Assembly: GCA_029254215.1 (NCBI GenBank)
Contig: JAQWYA010000057.1
Location: forward strand, 1,128-65,127
Direction: 5' to 3'
Origin: Pseudorhodobacter sp.
GTDB lineage: Bacteria; Pseudomonadota; Alphaproteobacteria; Rhodobacterales; Rhodobacteraceae
DNA length: 64,000 bases
The position numbers were made by a program, and so were the translations under genes. Positions within the stretch are counted from its first letter, which is position 1, and each line of letters starts with the position of its first letter. A model generated the notes under the pieces. It searched no databases. It was given only the letters and a program-made list of their open reading frames with translations, and was not told the origin of the DNA. This document shows, piece by piece, positions 35,143-44,860 of the stretch.

Positions 35143-37770
35143 GTGACAGACGAAACCGCGACGCCAATGATGGCGCAATATCTGGAAATCAAATCCCGGC
35201 ATCGCGATGCGCTGCTGTTCTATCGGATGGGCGATTTCTACGAGATGTTCTTTGACGACGCCAAGGCTGCGGCCGAAGCGCTGGATATTGCGCTGACCAA
35301 ACGCGGCAAGCATCAGGGAGCGGATATTGCCATGTGCGGTGTGCCGGTGCATTCGGCTGAAGGCTATCTTTTGTCGCTGATCCGCAAAGGCTTCCGCGTC
35401 GCAATTGCCGAGCAAATGGAAGACCCGGCTGAGGCGAAAAAGCGCGGCTCCAAATCGGTGGTGGCGCGCGATGTCGTACGACTTGTGACACCCGGCACGC
35501 TGACAGAAGACGCACTTCTGGATGCCCGCAGACATAACTATCTTTGCGCTTTCAGCGAGGTTAGAGACGAATCTGCGCTGGCGTGGTGCGATATCTCTAC
35601 CGGGGAGTTTCGCGTGATGCCTTGCCCCCCGGTGCGGCTGGCACCAGAGCTGGCGCGGCTTTCACCGAAGGAAATCCTGATCCTCGAAGGCTCTGATACC
35701 GCCTTTGAGGATGGCATCGCCGTCACCCCCCTTTCGCCCGGCAGCTTTGACAGTCAAAGCGCCGAGAAGCGTCTGAACAGCCTGTTTGACACGAAATCTC
35801 TGGAGGGCTTTGGCAGCTTTGAGCGTGCCGAACTGGGCGCAATGGGGGCGATCGTCGATTATCTGGACCTGACGCAACGCGGAAACCTGCCGCTTTTGCG
35901 CCCGCCCCAGCGTGAGAGCCTGCGCGGCACGATGCAGATTGACGCCGCAACCCGTCGCAACCTTGAGATCACGCAGACACTTTCGGGTGGGCGCGACGGC
36001 TCCCTGCTGTCGGTTGTGGATCGGACTCTGACATCCGGCGGTGGGCGGCTTCTGGATCGTCGTCTTTCAGCCCCGTCTCTTGACCTCGCAACGATTTCCC
36101 GGCGGCAAGATTCGGTTCGTTTTATGGTGGAACAGAGCCTTCTTCGAACAAGTCTTCGCGAGGATCTGCGCCGCGTTCCCGATATGGATCGGGCTTTGTC
36201 GCGCCTGACCCTGGACCGCGCCGGGCCCCGCGATCTTGCCGCAATCCGTGACGGCCTATCGGCGGCACTGACCTTGTGCCAGAAACTGCCGGAAGACGCG
36301 CCGGAGTTGCTAACTGAAGCGGCTAAAGACCTTGCTGGGCATGACGATCTTATCCACCTGCTCGACAGCGCATTGGTGGCCGAACCTCCGCTGCTTACCC
36401 GCGACGGCGGCTTTATCGCTACGGGGTTTGATAGCGATCTGGATGAAGCCAGAACCCTGCGCGATGAAGGCCGAAGCGTCATCGCCGCCATGCAAGCGGA
36501 TTACATCAGCCTGACAGGCATCGCGACCCTGAAGATTAAACATAACAACGTTCTGGGATATTTCGTTGATGTCACGACGACCCATGCCGAGAAGATGCTC
36601 TCGCCGCCGCTGTCTGACACATTTCTTCACCGCCAGACAACGGCGGGGCAAGTGCGGTTCACAACCCTGCCACTTTCCGAAATGGAGACAAAGATTCTGA
36701 ATGCCGCCGGGCGGGCATTGGAGATCGAAAAACGGCACTATTTGGCCCTTAGAGACCGAGTATTGGCCAACTCCCTGCCGATCGGAGCAGCGGCGCGGGC
36801 CTTGGCCGAGATCGACCTAGCCACGGCTTTTGCCGATCTTGCCTTGGCTGAAAACTGGTCGGCCCCGCATGTTGATAACAGCAAAGCCTTCGAGATAACG
36901 GGCGGCCGCCACCCGGTGGTCGAAAAAGCCTTGCGACGGCAGGGAAGCACTGGCTTCGTCGCCAATGACTGTGATCTCTCTGCCGAAAGCGGCGCTTCGA
37001 TCTGGTTGCTGACAGGCCCTAACATGGCAGGGAAATCAACCTTTCTACGCCAGAACGCCCTGATCGCCCTGCTTGCCCAAGCCGGAAGCTTTGTTCCTGC
37101 ACAGCGCGCGCACATCGGAGTGGTCAGCCAGCTTTTCAGTCGCGTCGGGGCTTCAGACGACCTCGCTCGTGGGCGGTCAACTTTCATGGTGGAAATGGTG
37201 GAAACCGCTGCAATCCTTAATCAGGCCGATGCGCGGGCCCTCGTCATTTTGGACGAGATCGGCAGGGGCACAGCCACCTATGACGGCCTTTCCATTGCCT
37301 GGGCAACGCTGGAGCACCTTCACGACGTCAATCTCTGTCGCGCCCTTTTCGCGACCCATTACCACGAAATGACGTCCCTCGCTGGCAAGCTCGACGGAGT
37401 AGAGAATGCCACTGTGTCCGTTAAGGAATGGGAGGGAGACGTGATCTTTCTCCACGAAGTCCGAAAGGGTGCGGCTGACCGATCCTACGGGGTTCAGGTC
37501 GCCAGACTTGCGGGCCTTCCTCCAACAGTGATTGAACGCGCAAAGGTGGTTCTTCAAGCCTTGGAGGATGGTGAGCGCAGCGGTGCGCAAAAGAAGACGT
37601 TGATTGATGACTTGCCCTTGTTCCGGGCGACGCCCGCCGCAGCCCCACCGCGGCAAAAGAAGAACTCCGTGGTGGAAACAACGCTCCAATCCATCCACCC
37701 TGACAAGCTGACGCCGCTCGAGGCGCTGTCATTGATCTATGACCTGAAATCAAAACTCCAACAGCCCTGA
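35143..37770 (+). CDS. mutS: DNA mismatch repair protein MutS
   Basis: TPMMAQYLEIKSRH...LLFYRMGDFYEMFF N-terminus, Walker A GPNMAGKSTFLRQ, STFMVEM, DEIGRGTATYDG. Proposed GTG start at 35143. The track ORF start (34990) would overlap maeB head-on. Confidence 0.93.
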   Translation: MTDETATPMMAQYLEIKSRHRDALLFYRMGDFYEMFFDDAKAAAEALDIALTKRGKHQGADIAMCGVPVHSAEGYLLSLIRKGFRVAIAEQMEDPAEAKKRGSKSVVARDVVRLVTPGTLTEDALLDARRHNYLCAFSEVRDESALAWCDISTGEFRVMPCPPVRLAPELARLSPKEILILEGSDTAFEDGIAVTPLSPGSFDSQSAEKRLNSLFDTKSLEGFGSFERAELGAMGAIVDYLDLTQRGNLPLLRPPQRESLRGTMQIDAATRRNLEITQTLSGGRDGSLLSVVDRTLTSGGGRLLDRRLSAPSLDLATISRRQDSVRFMVEQSLLRTSLREDLRRVPDMDRALSRLTLDRAGPRDLAAIRDGLSAALTLCQKLPEDAPELLTEAAKDLAGHDDLIHLLDSALVAEPPLLTRDGGFIATGFDSDLDEARTLRDEGRSVIAAMQADYISLTGIATLKIKHNNVLGYFVDVTTTHAEKMLSPPLSDTFLHRQTTAGQVRFTTLPLSEMETKILNAAGRALEIEKRHYLALRDRVLANSLPIGAAARALAEIDLATAFADLALAENWSAPHVDNSKAFEITGGRHPVVEKALRRQGSTGFVANDCDLSAESGASIWLLTGPNMAGKSTFLRQNALIALLAQAGSFVPAQRAHIGVVSQLFSRVGASDDLARGRSTFMVEMVETAAILNQADARALVILDEIGRGTATYDGLSIAWATLEHLHDVNLCRALFATHYHEMTSLAGKLDGVENATVSVKEWEGDVIFLHEVRKGAADRSYGVQVARLAGLPPTVIERAKVVLQALEDGERSGAQKKTLIDDLPLFRATPAAAPPRQKKNSVVETTLQSIHPDKLTPLEALSLIYDLKSKLQQP

Positions 37771-37777
37771 CTCGGGG

Positions 37778-37806
37778 CTTCTTTTTGGTAAAAATACCTC
37801 GGGGGC
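37778..37806 (-). repeat. intergenic motif copy d (AGGTATTT-N3-CCAA-R-AAGAA family)
   Basis: Minus strand reads CCCCCGAGGTATTTTTACCAAAAAGAAG, between the convergent mutS and grpE genes. Confidence 0.7.
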
Positions 37807-37828
37807 CCGGGGGCTGGCCCCCGGCCCT
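37801..37828 (-). terminator. GC-rich hairpin, grpE terminator candidate
   Basis: CCGGGGGC..GCCCCCGG. On the minus strand it is followed by GAGGTATTTTTACC (the T-run belongs to motif copy d). Confidence 0.55.
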
Positions 37829-37856
37829 GCAGTGGAAATACGTGATTGGTCCCGGA

Positions 37857-38438
37857 TCAGCCGGGTGTAGACGATACGCCAACCTGCGCGGGGCGCAGCA
37901 AGCGATCGTGCAGGAGGAATCCCTCAGTCATCACCTGAATAATTTGACCGGCCTTGGTGCCGGGAACCGGCGCCTCGAACATAGCTTGATGCATCTGCGG
38001 ATCAAATTGATCACCCATTTCCGGAACGATGGGCGACACACCGTGTTTTGTCAGCACGTTGAGCAACTCTCGCAGGGTCAACTCGACCCCCTCGATCAGC
38101 GCGGCGGCTTGGCTGCGATGTTCATCCGTCGCGGCATCCAGCGCTCTGCGAAGGTTGTCATAAACTGGCAGCATGTCGCGGGCCAGCTTGGAGCCCCCGT
38201 ATTGCTCGGCTTCCCGGCGATCACGCTCGCCACGCTTGCGAGAATTCTCAGCATCCGCGAGAACCCGCATGAAGCGATCACGCATTTCATCACGCTCTGC
38301 GCGCAGCGCTGAAAGCTCCCCGTCCAGCATCGCGGCGTCCATGTCGGCAGAGGTTTCAGCCTCATCAACGGGGGGCGTATCTGCCAGCTTGGCTGCAGGA
38401 TCTTGTGCCATCTTGTCGTTCTTCCTTGTCTCACTCAC
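37857..38438 (-). CDS. grpE: nucleotide exchange factor GrpE
   Basis: LRAERDEMRDRFMRVLADAENSRKR...DPQMHQAM. GTG start at 38438, or ATG 38411 with AAGGAAGA RBS. Confidence 0.9.
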   Translation of the reverse strand: MSETRKNDKMAQDPAAKLADTPPVDEAETSADMDAAMLDGELSALRAERDEMRDRFMRVLADAENSRKRGERDRREAEQYGGSKLARDMLPVYDNLRRALDAATDEHRSQAAALIEGVELTLRELLNVLTKHGVSPIVPEMGDQFDPQMHQAMFEAPVPGTKAGQIIQVMTEGFLLHDRLLRPAQVGVSSTPG

Positions 38439-38444
38439 GTTGCG

Positions 38445-39515
38445 TCACCCTTTGGACCTGTCGGACACCAAACGCCCGACAAGCTGCGCTGTGTAATCAA
38501 CGATGGGAACGATACGGCCATAATTCAACCGAGTCGGTCCGATCACACCCACAGCGCCGATGATCTTTCGATCAGCGTTCATATAGGGAGAGACCACCAG
38601 AGAGGAACCCGAAAGTGAGAACAACTTGTTCTCAGACCCAATAAAAATGCGCACCCCTTCGCCTTCTTCGGTCAATTCGAGGAATTCGGCGATATCACGC
38701 TTACGTTCAAGATCGTCGAACAGGGTGCGGATGCGATCAAAGTCCAGTGCTTCATTACTTCCATCCAGCAAATTGGCGCGGCCGCGGACGATCAACCGCT
38801 CACTTTGCTCGCCCGCGTTCTCCCACAGGGCCAGACCGCTTTCGACGAGGTCGCGCGCCAGACTGTCAATCTCTTGCCGCCGGGCCTTGATATCGAGGGT
38901 TACGGACTGACGCAGATCGGAAAGGAGCTTGCCGCTGGCCATCGCATTGAGAAAATTGGCCGCCTCTCGCATGGAAGAGGGCGTTTGGCCCGGCGGCGGC
39001 GTGAAGACGCGGTTTTCCACATGTCCATCGGCAAAAACCAAAACCACCAGCGCCCGGTTCGGGCCGAGGCTGACGAATTCGATATGCTTGATTGGGGCTT
39101 CATGTTTTGGGGTCAAAACCAGACTGGCGCCATGGGTGATGCCCGACAATGCCGACCCGACGCGGTCCAGCAATGTTGTGACATCCCTCTCATTGCTGCC
39201 CATCGTTGCATCAATCTTTTCGCGATCTTCATTGGCCACGGTTCCAACTTCGAGGATCCCATCAACAAACATCCGCAAGCCCATTTGAGTAGGTATTCTG
39301 CCTGCCGAGACATGCGGGCTGTTCAAGAGGCCCAAAAACTCCAGATCCTGCATTACATTACGGATGGTGGCGGCGCTGACCTTTTCCGAGAGGGTTCGGG
39401 TCAGCGTGCGCGATCCGACTGGATCGCCTGAGGCCAGATAACCCTCCACGACCTGACGAAAAACTTCGCGGGATCGGTCGTTCATCTCGGCAAGAATGGC
39501 GGTTCGGTTGATCAT
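38445..39515 (-). CDS. hrcA: heat-inducible transcriptional repressor HrcA
   Basis: 356 aa. REVFRQVVEGYLASGDPVGSRTL...SAATIRNVMQDLE...GAVGVIGPTRLNY. Confidence 0.92.
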   Translation of the reverse strand: MINRTAILAEMNDRSREVFRQVVEGYLASGDPVGSRTLTRTLSEKVSAATIRNVMQDLEFLGLLNSPHVSAGRIPTQMGLRMFVDGILEVGTVANEDREKIDATMGSNERDVTTLLDRVGSALSGITHGASLVLTPKHEAPIKHIEFVSLGPNRALVVLVFADGHVENRVFTPPPGQTPSSMREAANFLNAMASGKLLSDLRQSVTLDIKARRQEIDSLARDLVESGLALWENAGEQSERLIVRGRANLLDGSNEALDFDRIRTLFDDLERKRDIAEFLELTEEGEGVRIFIGSENKLFSLSGSSLVVSPYMNADRKIIGAVGVIGPTRLNYGRIVPIVDYTAQLVGRLVSDRSKG

Positions 39516-39633
39516 CGGGGTCCTTCCAAGGGGCTGATCACATTAAAGAGCAGCGACAGCTTTCGTCAATGCTGCTTGCATCCTTGTGATCGCCCCCTTT
39601 ATCTGGGCGCAGCAGAATGAGTGAGGACATACC

Positions 39634-40347
39634 ATGCGGCCATCAGGAAGAGAACTTGACCAATTGCGCGACATCTCGATTGAGACTGGCGTCATGAAAC
39701 ATGCGGAAGGGTCCTGTCTGATCCGGATGGGGAACACTCATGTCCTCTGTTCCGCGAGCCTTGAGGAGAAGGCTCCGCCCTTTTTGCGCAACACCGGGCA
39801 AGGTTGGGTAACGGCGGAGTATGGCATGCTTCCGCGCGCCACGAATACGCGCAACAGGCGCGAAGCGGCGGCTGGCAAGCAATCTGGCCGAACGCAAGAG
39901 ATCCAGCGGCTGATTGGGCGGTCGCTGCGCGCTGGCGTCGATCGTGTCGCCTTGGGTGAGCGGCAGATCACGGTCGATTGTGACGTGCTTCAGGCCGATG
40001 GCGGGACGCGTTGCGCCTCCATCACCGGGGGTTGGGTGGCGCTTCGCCTTGCCGTGAACAAACTATTGAAAAGCGGAGTGATCACCTCGGACCCGATTTT
40101 GGACCATGTTGCCGCGGTGTCTTGCGGGATTTATGCTGGGCAGCCAGTGCTGGATTTGGATTACGCCGAGGACTCAACTGCTGGGACCGATGGAAACTTT
40201 ATTATGACAGGCGCCGGGCGCTTGATCGAAGTCCAGATGTCTGCGGAAGGGGCGACATTCTCTCGTTCGGAAATGGGTGAGTTGATGGATTTAGCCGAAG
40301 TGGGCTGCAAGGCTTTGGTTGCCGCCCAAAAGTCTGCGGTGGCCTGA
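39634..40347 (+). CDS. rph: ribonuclease PH
   Basis: [12 protein letters not shown]...[15 protein letters not shown]...[14 protein letters not shown]...[12 protein letters not shown]. Confidence 0.95.
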   Translation: MRPSGRELDQLRDISIETGVMKHAEGSCLIRMGNTHVLCSASLEEKAPPFLRNTGQGWVTAEYGMLPRATNTRNRREAAAGKQSGRTQEIQRLIGRSLRAGVDRVALGERQITVDCDVLQADGGTRCASITGGWVALRLAVNKLLKSGVITSDPILDHVAAVSCGIYAGQPVLDLDYAEDSTAGTDGNFIMTGAGRLIEVQMSAEGATFSRSEMGELMDLAEVGCKALVAAQKSAVA

Positions 40348-40350
40348 TCG

Positions 40351-40959
40351 ATGCGCCAGTTTGACGGAAAACGGCTGCTTTTGGCCACCCATAATAAGGG
40401 AAAGCTGGAGGAGATTGACAATCTTCTGAAGGATTACCCCGTTTCGGTGGTCTCGGCTGCGGATTTTGGCTTGGTGGAACCGGAGGAGACCGAGAGCAGT
40501 TTCATCGGTAATGCGCGGATCAAGGCGCATTTTGCGGCGAAAGCTACTGGTTTGCCAGCGCTGGCGGATGACTCCGGTATTTGCGTCGACGCTTTGGGCG
40601 GTGCTCCTGGAGTATACACAGCGGATTGGGCGGAGACCCCTTCGGGTCGGGACTTCAATATGGCGATGGAACGGCTTTGGCGAGAGGTGGACGCGCTGGC
40701 TGCGCCGGAGCCTCGGCTGGCGCAGTTTCGCTGCACCTTGGTTCTTGCCTGGCCAGATGGACATGACGAAGTGTTCGAAGGCGTCATGCCCGGTCAATTG
40801 GTTTGGCCAATGCGCGGCAGCCAAGGGCACGGCTATGACCCCATGTTTCAGCCTCAAGGATACACTCAGACTTTTGGGGAAATGGATCGTTGGGAAAAGA
40901 ACAAGATCAGCCATCGCGCTGACGCTTTCCGTAAACTCATCGCGGGATGTTTCACGTGA
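40351..40959 (+). CDS. rdgB: RdgB/HAM1 non-canonical purine NTP pyrophosphatase
   Basis: LLLATHNKGKLEEI...EETESSFIGNARIKA...DDSGICVDALGGAPGVY...GHGYDPMF...ISHRA. Confidence 0.9.
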   Translation: MRQFDGKRLLLATHNKGKLEEIDNLLKDYPVSVVSAADFGLVEPEETESSFIGNARIKAHFAAKATGLPALADDSGICVDALGGAPGVYTADWAETPSGRDFNMAMERLWREVDALAAPEPRLAQFRCTLVLAWPDGHDEVFEGVMPGQLVWPMRGSQGHGYDPMFQPQGYTQTFGEMDRWEKNKISHRADAFRKLIAGCFT

Positions 40960-41330
40960 AACACATCCGCACAGGCTCCCCGTTCGAACTGGAAATGGCG
41001 TATAGCCGCGCCGTGATCAAGGGCGGCTGGTGTTTCGTGTCGGGCGTGACAGGGTATGACTACACTAAGATGTTGATGCCCGAGGGAGTCGCGGCGCAGG
41101 CGGAGGCCAGCTTTCAAACAATAGGCCGAGTACTTACCGAAGCCGGGTTTCAACTGGCCGACATTGTTCGAGTTCAATACACTTTGGTGGATGCGGCCCT
41201 TGTTGCAGAACTCAGCCCGATACTCTCTGCGCATCTCGGTGACGTGCGCACCGCCGCAACGATGATTGTCGCGGGGCTTATCAAACCAGAGATGCTGATT
41301 GAAATCGAAGTGACGGCGTTTAAGGGATGA
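40947..41330 (+). CDS. RidA/YjgF family protein
   Basis: 127 aa. YSRAV..GGW.FVSG...AQAE.SF..IG.VL.EAG....DIVRV. Stop overlaps the hemW start (ATGA). Confidence 0.8.
   Translation: MFHVKHIRTGSPFELEMAYSRAVIKGGWCFVSGVTGYDYTKMLMPEGVAAQAEASFQTIGRVLTEAGFQLADIVRVQYTLVDAALVAELSPILSAHLGDVRTAATMIVAGLIKPEMLIEIEVTAFKG
40948..40963. promoter_or_regulatory. parS centromere-like site (perfect 16-bp palindrome)
   Basis: TGTTTCACGTGAAACA, identical to the conserved chromosomal parS consensus. It spans the rdgB stop codon and the RidA-family start. Confidence 0.85.
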
Positions 41331-42490
41331 TGATCGAGGATTGGCGAAATGGCGGGTTCGGCTTGTATATTCACTGGCCCTTTTGCCAGTCAAAATGTCC
41401 CTATTGCGACTTCAACAGCCATGTTGCCGCATCCATAGACCAAAATCGTTGGAAATCGGCCTATCTTCGGGAAATTGAGCGGGTAGGGAGCGAAACGCAG
41501 GGTCGCATTCTGGACAGCGTTTTCTTTGGCGGGGGAACGCCGTCCTTAATGCAACCAGATGTCGTTGCAGCGGTGATTGATGCCATCCGCCGCACATGGG
41601 CGTGTCGAAATGATCTGGAGATTACGCTGGAGGCGAACCCCGGATCGGTCGAGCGGACGCGGTTTCAGGGCTTTCGGGAAGCTGGAGTAAATCGGCTTTC
41701 TATGGGAATTCAGGCCCTGAACGACCGCGACCTCAGGGCCTTGGGCCGGCTGCATAGTGTTGAAGATGCACTCAGGGCGTTCGATGTAGCCCGAACGACC
41801 TTTGAACGCGTGAGCTTTGATCTGATCTACGCCAGGCAGGCGCAAACACTAGATGAGTGGCGGAGGGAGCTTTCTCTGGCTCTTTCCCTCTCGGTCGACC
41901 ATTTGTCCATGTACCAACTGACGATCGAAGAAGGGACAGCGTTTGGCGATCGCTTTGCTGCAGGTCGATTAAGGGATCTGCCTGACGAGGGTTTGGCGGC
42001 TGACATGTATGACCTCACGCAAGAACTCTGCGAGGCTGCAGGAATGGCGGCGTACGAAGTCTCTAACCATGCGAAAGAAGGCGCAGAATCTCGTCACAAT
42101 CTGATTTACTGGCGTGGTGGGGATTACATCGGGATCGGTCCAGGCGCGCATGGCCGGCTGACCTTCGGAGATCAGAGACTTGCCACCGAAGCAATCAAAA
42201 CGCCTGGAGGGTGGCTTTCAGGAGTTGAGGCGGGCCAGCGGATAGAACAGCGTGACCGTCTCACCCCAGAAGAACGCGCTATCGAGTATATCTTAATGGG
42301 GTTAAGGCTTTCGGAGGGCATTGACCTCACGCGCCTTCAGACCGTTTCGCGCCTAGAGCCGCCACAACCCGCCGTCAATGAGCTTGTAGATCTTGGGATG
42401 CTGTCCCAAATCGGCCCACGGATCACGGCAACGCCCAACGGTAGGCTTGTCCTTAACTCGGTGATCAAAGCGTTGGTCAACGCGCTTTGA
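41327..42490 (+). CDS. hemW: radical SAM family heme chaperone HemW (HemN-like)
   Basis: YIHWPFCQSKCPYCDFNS (CxxxCxxC)...FFGGGTPS...NRLSMGIQAL. Confidence 0.88.
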   Translation: MMIEDWRNGGFGLYIHWPFCQSKCPYCDFNSHVAASIDQNRWKSAYLREIERVGSETQGRILDSVFFGGGTPSLMQPDVVAAVIDAIRRTWACRNDLEITLEANPGSVERTRFQGFREAGVNRLSMGIQALNDRDLRALGRLHSVEDALRAFDVARTTFERVSFDLIYARQAQTLDEWRRELSLALSLSVDHLSMYQLTIEEGTAFGDRFAAGRLRDLPDEGLAADMYDLTQELCEAAGMAAYEVSNHAKEGAESRHNLIYWRGGDYIGIGPGAHGRLTFGDQRLATEAIKTPGGWLSGVEAGQRIEQRDRLTPEERAIEYILMGLRLSEGIDLTRLQTVSRLEPPQPAVNELVDLGMLSQIGPRITATPNGRLVLNSVIKALVNAL

Positions 42491-42508
42491 TCACCGACTT
42501 CTGCCCGA

Positions 42509-43420
42509 TTAATCTCTATCCAAGCCAGACAGCGCTTGGCACAAGGCATCCAAATCATCCAACGTGTTGTAATAAATGGTAAGGGTGCCTTTGTCGCCAC
42601 CTGGTTCATGATAGATGCTTACACCCATCTTTAGATTCGCAGACAGGTCTCCTTCAAGCGCGCGGGTATCTGCGTCCTTTTCGTACCGAGGGGAAGCCCC
42701 CTTGGAGCCGGACCGGTCAGGCTTTGATGATAACTGTTTTGTAAGACGCTCCGTCTCCCGAACGGAGAGCCCTTTGGAAATAACCTCACGCGCCAGTTCT
42801 GACGGATTCTCCGTCGTGATAAGAGCGCGCGCATGACCAGCCGTCAGTTTGCCTTCACGAATATAAGACTGAACCTCTTGCGGAAGTTGCAGGAGCCGCA
42901 AGAGATTGGCGATATGGCTGCGGCTTTTCGATAGCGCTTCGGCGATTTTTTCCTGCGTATGACCAAAGCGATCCATCAACTGGCGAAAACCGGCGGCTTC
43001 CTCCATCGCATTGAGATCAGCACGCTGGATATTCTCTATGATCGCAACTTCCAGCACTTCTGTATCAGAGAATTCCCGCACAATTACGGGGACTTCGTGA
43101 ACTTGGGCCATCTGAGCCGCACGCCAGCGCCGCTCCCCCGCGACGATCTCATAACGGCCAGCTTCCGCCGTGGGTCGGACAATAAGTGGTTGTAGCACGC
43201 CCTTCTGGCGAATGGATGCCGCAAGATCCTTCAAGGCTCCGGCCAAGAAGTCGCGGCGCGGCTGATCCGGGTTTGGAAAGAGATTTTCAACCGCAACCCT
43301 CAGGTCGCCACGACGGCCTTCACCCTGGGACGGAGCGCTATATTGGTCGACATTGATATCGGCCATCAGGGCCGACAGACCGCGCCCCAGGCTCCGCCGT
43401 TCCATCTTTTTGTCACTCAT
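42509..43420 (-). CDS. parB: ParB/Spo0J chromosome partitioning protein
   Basis: LGRGLSAL, ParB box [10 protein letters not shown]...[16 protein letters not shown] region [22 protein letters not shown]. Confidence 0.92.
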   Translation of the reverse strand: MSDKKMERRSLGRGLSALMADINVDQYSAPSQGEGRRGDLRVAVENLFPNPDQPRRDFLAGALKDLAASIRQKGVLQPLIVRPTAEAGRYEIVAGERRWRAAQMAQVHEVPVIVREFSDTEVLEVAIIENIQRADLNAMEEAAGFRQLMDRFGHTQEKIAEALSKSRSHIANLLRLLQLPQEVQSYIREGKLTAGHARALITTENPSELAREVISKGLSVRETERLTKQLSSKPDRSGSKGASPRYEKDADTRALEGDLSANLKMGVSIYHEPGGDKGTLTIYYNTLDDLDALCQALSGLDRD

Positions 43421-44244
43421 AGCACTTGCTCTCCTGTTCTCGACCGCTGTGGATATCGAGCCCGAAGCTCTGCCGTAAGCGCGCGATAGGCTTCCGATCC
43501 CTTTGAACCACTATCATAATTTAGAACCGGCAGCGCATAGGACGGCGCCTCGCTAACGCGAACATTTCGCGGGATAACTGTTTTGAAAACAAGGTCGCCG
43601 AGGGTCGATCTGGCGTCGGTCTCCACCATTTGCGACAGGTTGTTTCGTCCGTCATACATCGTCAGAACCACACCTTCGATACGGAGATCAGGATTCGCAG
43701 ACTGCCTGATTTCCCGAATGGTAAGCATCAATTGCGACAATCCTTCCAATGCAAAGAACTCGCTTTGCAACGGAACAAGGACGGAATGGCAAGCCACCAG
43801 CGCATTAACCGTCAACAGGCTGAGCGAGGGCGGGCAATCGATCAACACAAAGTCAAAGCCGAATTCGGCCATACCGGGCTGTCGGAGCGCATCGTGCAAA
43901 AGAAAGCTCCGTTTCTCATTGGAAACAAGCTCCATATCCGCCGAAGACAGATCCGCGTTTGCAGGGCAAATGAAAAGTCCCTCGATTGCGCTTCGCTGGA
44001 TAACATCACCAAGTGGCGTCTCATCGATCAGCAGGTCATAAGTCGTCAATTGCCTTTGCGCAGGTTCAATTCCCAAGCCCGTAGACGCATTTCCCTGCGG
44101 ATCTAGATCCACGAGCAGCACTTTAGCGCCGACTTCCGCCAGCCCAGCGGCGAGATTAATCGCCGTCGTGGTCTTTCCCACGCCGCCTTTTTGGTTCGCA
44201 AGGGCGATGATTCGCGGCAACTGCGGAAGAACGGGGTTAGACAT
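43417..44244 (-). CDS. parA: ParA/Soj chromosome partitioning ATPase
   Basis: Deviant Walker [37 protein letters not shown]. Start at ATG 44244. Stop overlaps the parB start (ATGA). Confidence 0.93.
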   Translation of the reverse strand: MSNPVLPQLPRIIALANQKGGVGKTTTAINLAAGLAEVGAKVLLVDLDPQGNASTGLGIEPAQRQLTTYDLLIDETPLGDVIQRSAIEGLFICPANADLSSADMELVSNEKRSFLLHDALRQPGMAEFGFDFVLIDCPPSLSLLTVNALVACHSVLVPLQSEFFALEGLSQLMLTIREIRQSANPDLRIEGVVLTMYDGRNNLSQMVETDARSTLGDLVFKTVIPRNVRVSEAPSYALPVLNYDSGSKGSEAYRALTAELRARYPQRSRTGEQVL

Positions 44245-44860
44245 GCTTGATCCTTTTGACTTGAAGAACGGCGCTTTCATTCCCTGTTACGCTTGGGATC
44301 GCAGTCAGATCGAACGCCCAGTCGTTCCGCGCAGCTTCAACTTCCGCTTCATAATGGCTGCCCTTCAGAAACAGGGCGGTGCCCCCCGGAGTCATATGAA
44401 GGTCTGCAATTTTCATCAAACCCGATAGTGGTGCCAGCGCCCTAGCCGACAACACATCTGCCTCAAGGGGTGCGATGTTTTCGATGCGCTCCGACAGAAC
44501 AACAGCTTCCAACCAAAGCTTACGGCACGCCTCACGCAAAAATGCCGCCTTTCTCTGGTCAACTTCGACAAGCGTAAACCGAAGGTCAGGATACAACTCT
44601 TTTGCGAGAACAGCGACAACGATGCCGGGAAATCCCCCACCGCTACCAACATCGACCCAATGCCGAACACCAGGTTCTGTCAGCGGAAAAAGCTGCGCAG
44701 AATCTACAATATGGCGCGACCATAAATCTTCTACAGTCGATTTTGAGACAAGGTTAATCGCCCGGTTCCATTTTTCTACCAACTCTCCAAAGGCTTGGAG
44801 CGATTGATATGTTTCACGTGAAACAGAAAAGCCAGCGAAAAGATCCAGTCGGTCTGTCAT
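44237..44860 (-). CDS. rsmG: 16S rRNA (guanine527-N7)-methyltransferase
   Basis: VSRET...[13 protein letters not shown]...RHIVDS...[11 protein letters not shown]. Confidence 0.9.
   Translation of the reverse strand: MTDRLDLFAGFSVSRETYQSLQAFGELVEKWNRAINLVSKSTVEDLWSRHIVDSAQLFPLTEPGVRHWVDVGSGGGFPGIVVAVLAKELYPDLRFTLVEVDQRKAAFLREACRKLWLEAVVLSERIENIAPLEADVLSARALAPLSGLMKIADLHMTPGGTALFLKGSHYEAEVEAARNDWAFDLTAIPSVTGNESAVLQVKRIKHV
44810..44825. promoter_or_regulatory. parS centromere-like site (perfect 16-bp palindrome)
   Basis: TGTTTCACGTGAAACA inside rsmG, encoding the peptide (F)SVSRET. Confidence 0.85.

Noticed and set aside
34990-35192. Long N-terminal extensions of mutS (from 34990) and maeB (to 35192) that would overlap head-on by about 200 bp
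   Set aside because: The homology-bearing parts start at GTG 35143 (mutS, TPMMAQYLEIK) and ATG 35009 (maeB, with GGAGGAG RBS). The extensions are non-homologous and mutually overlapping.
39516-39633. Looked for a CIRCE operator (TTAGCACTC-N9-GAGTGCTAA) upstream of hrcA
   Set aside because: No match was found. Only a weak AGCAGC-N16-GCTGCT inverted repeat is present. In alphaproteobacteria CIRCE is usually at groESL rather than at hrcA, so its absence is unremarkable.
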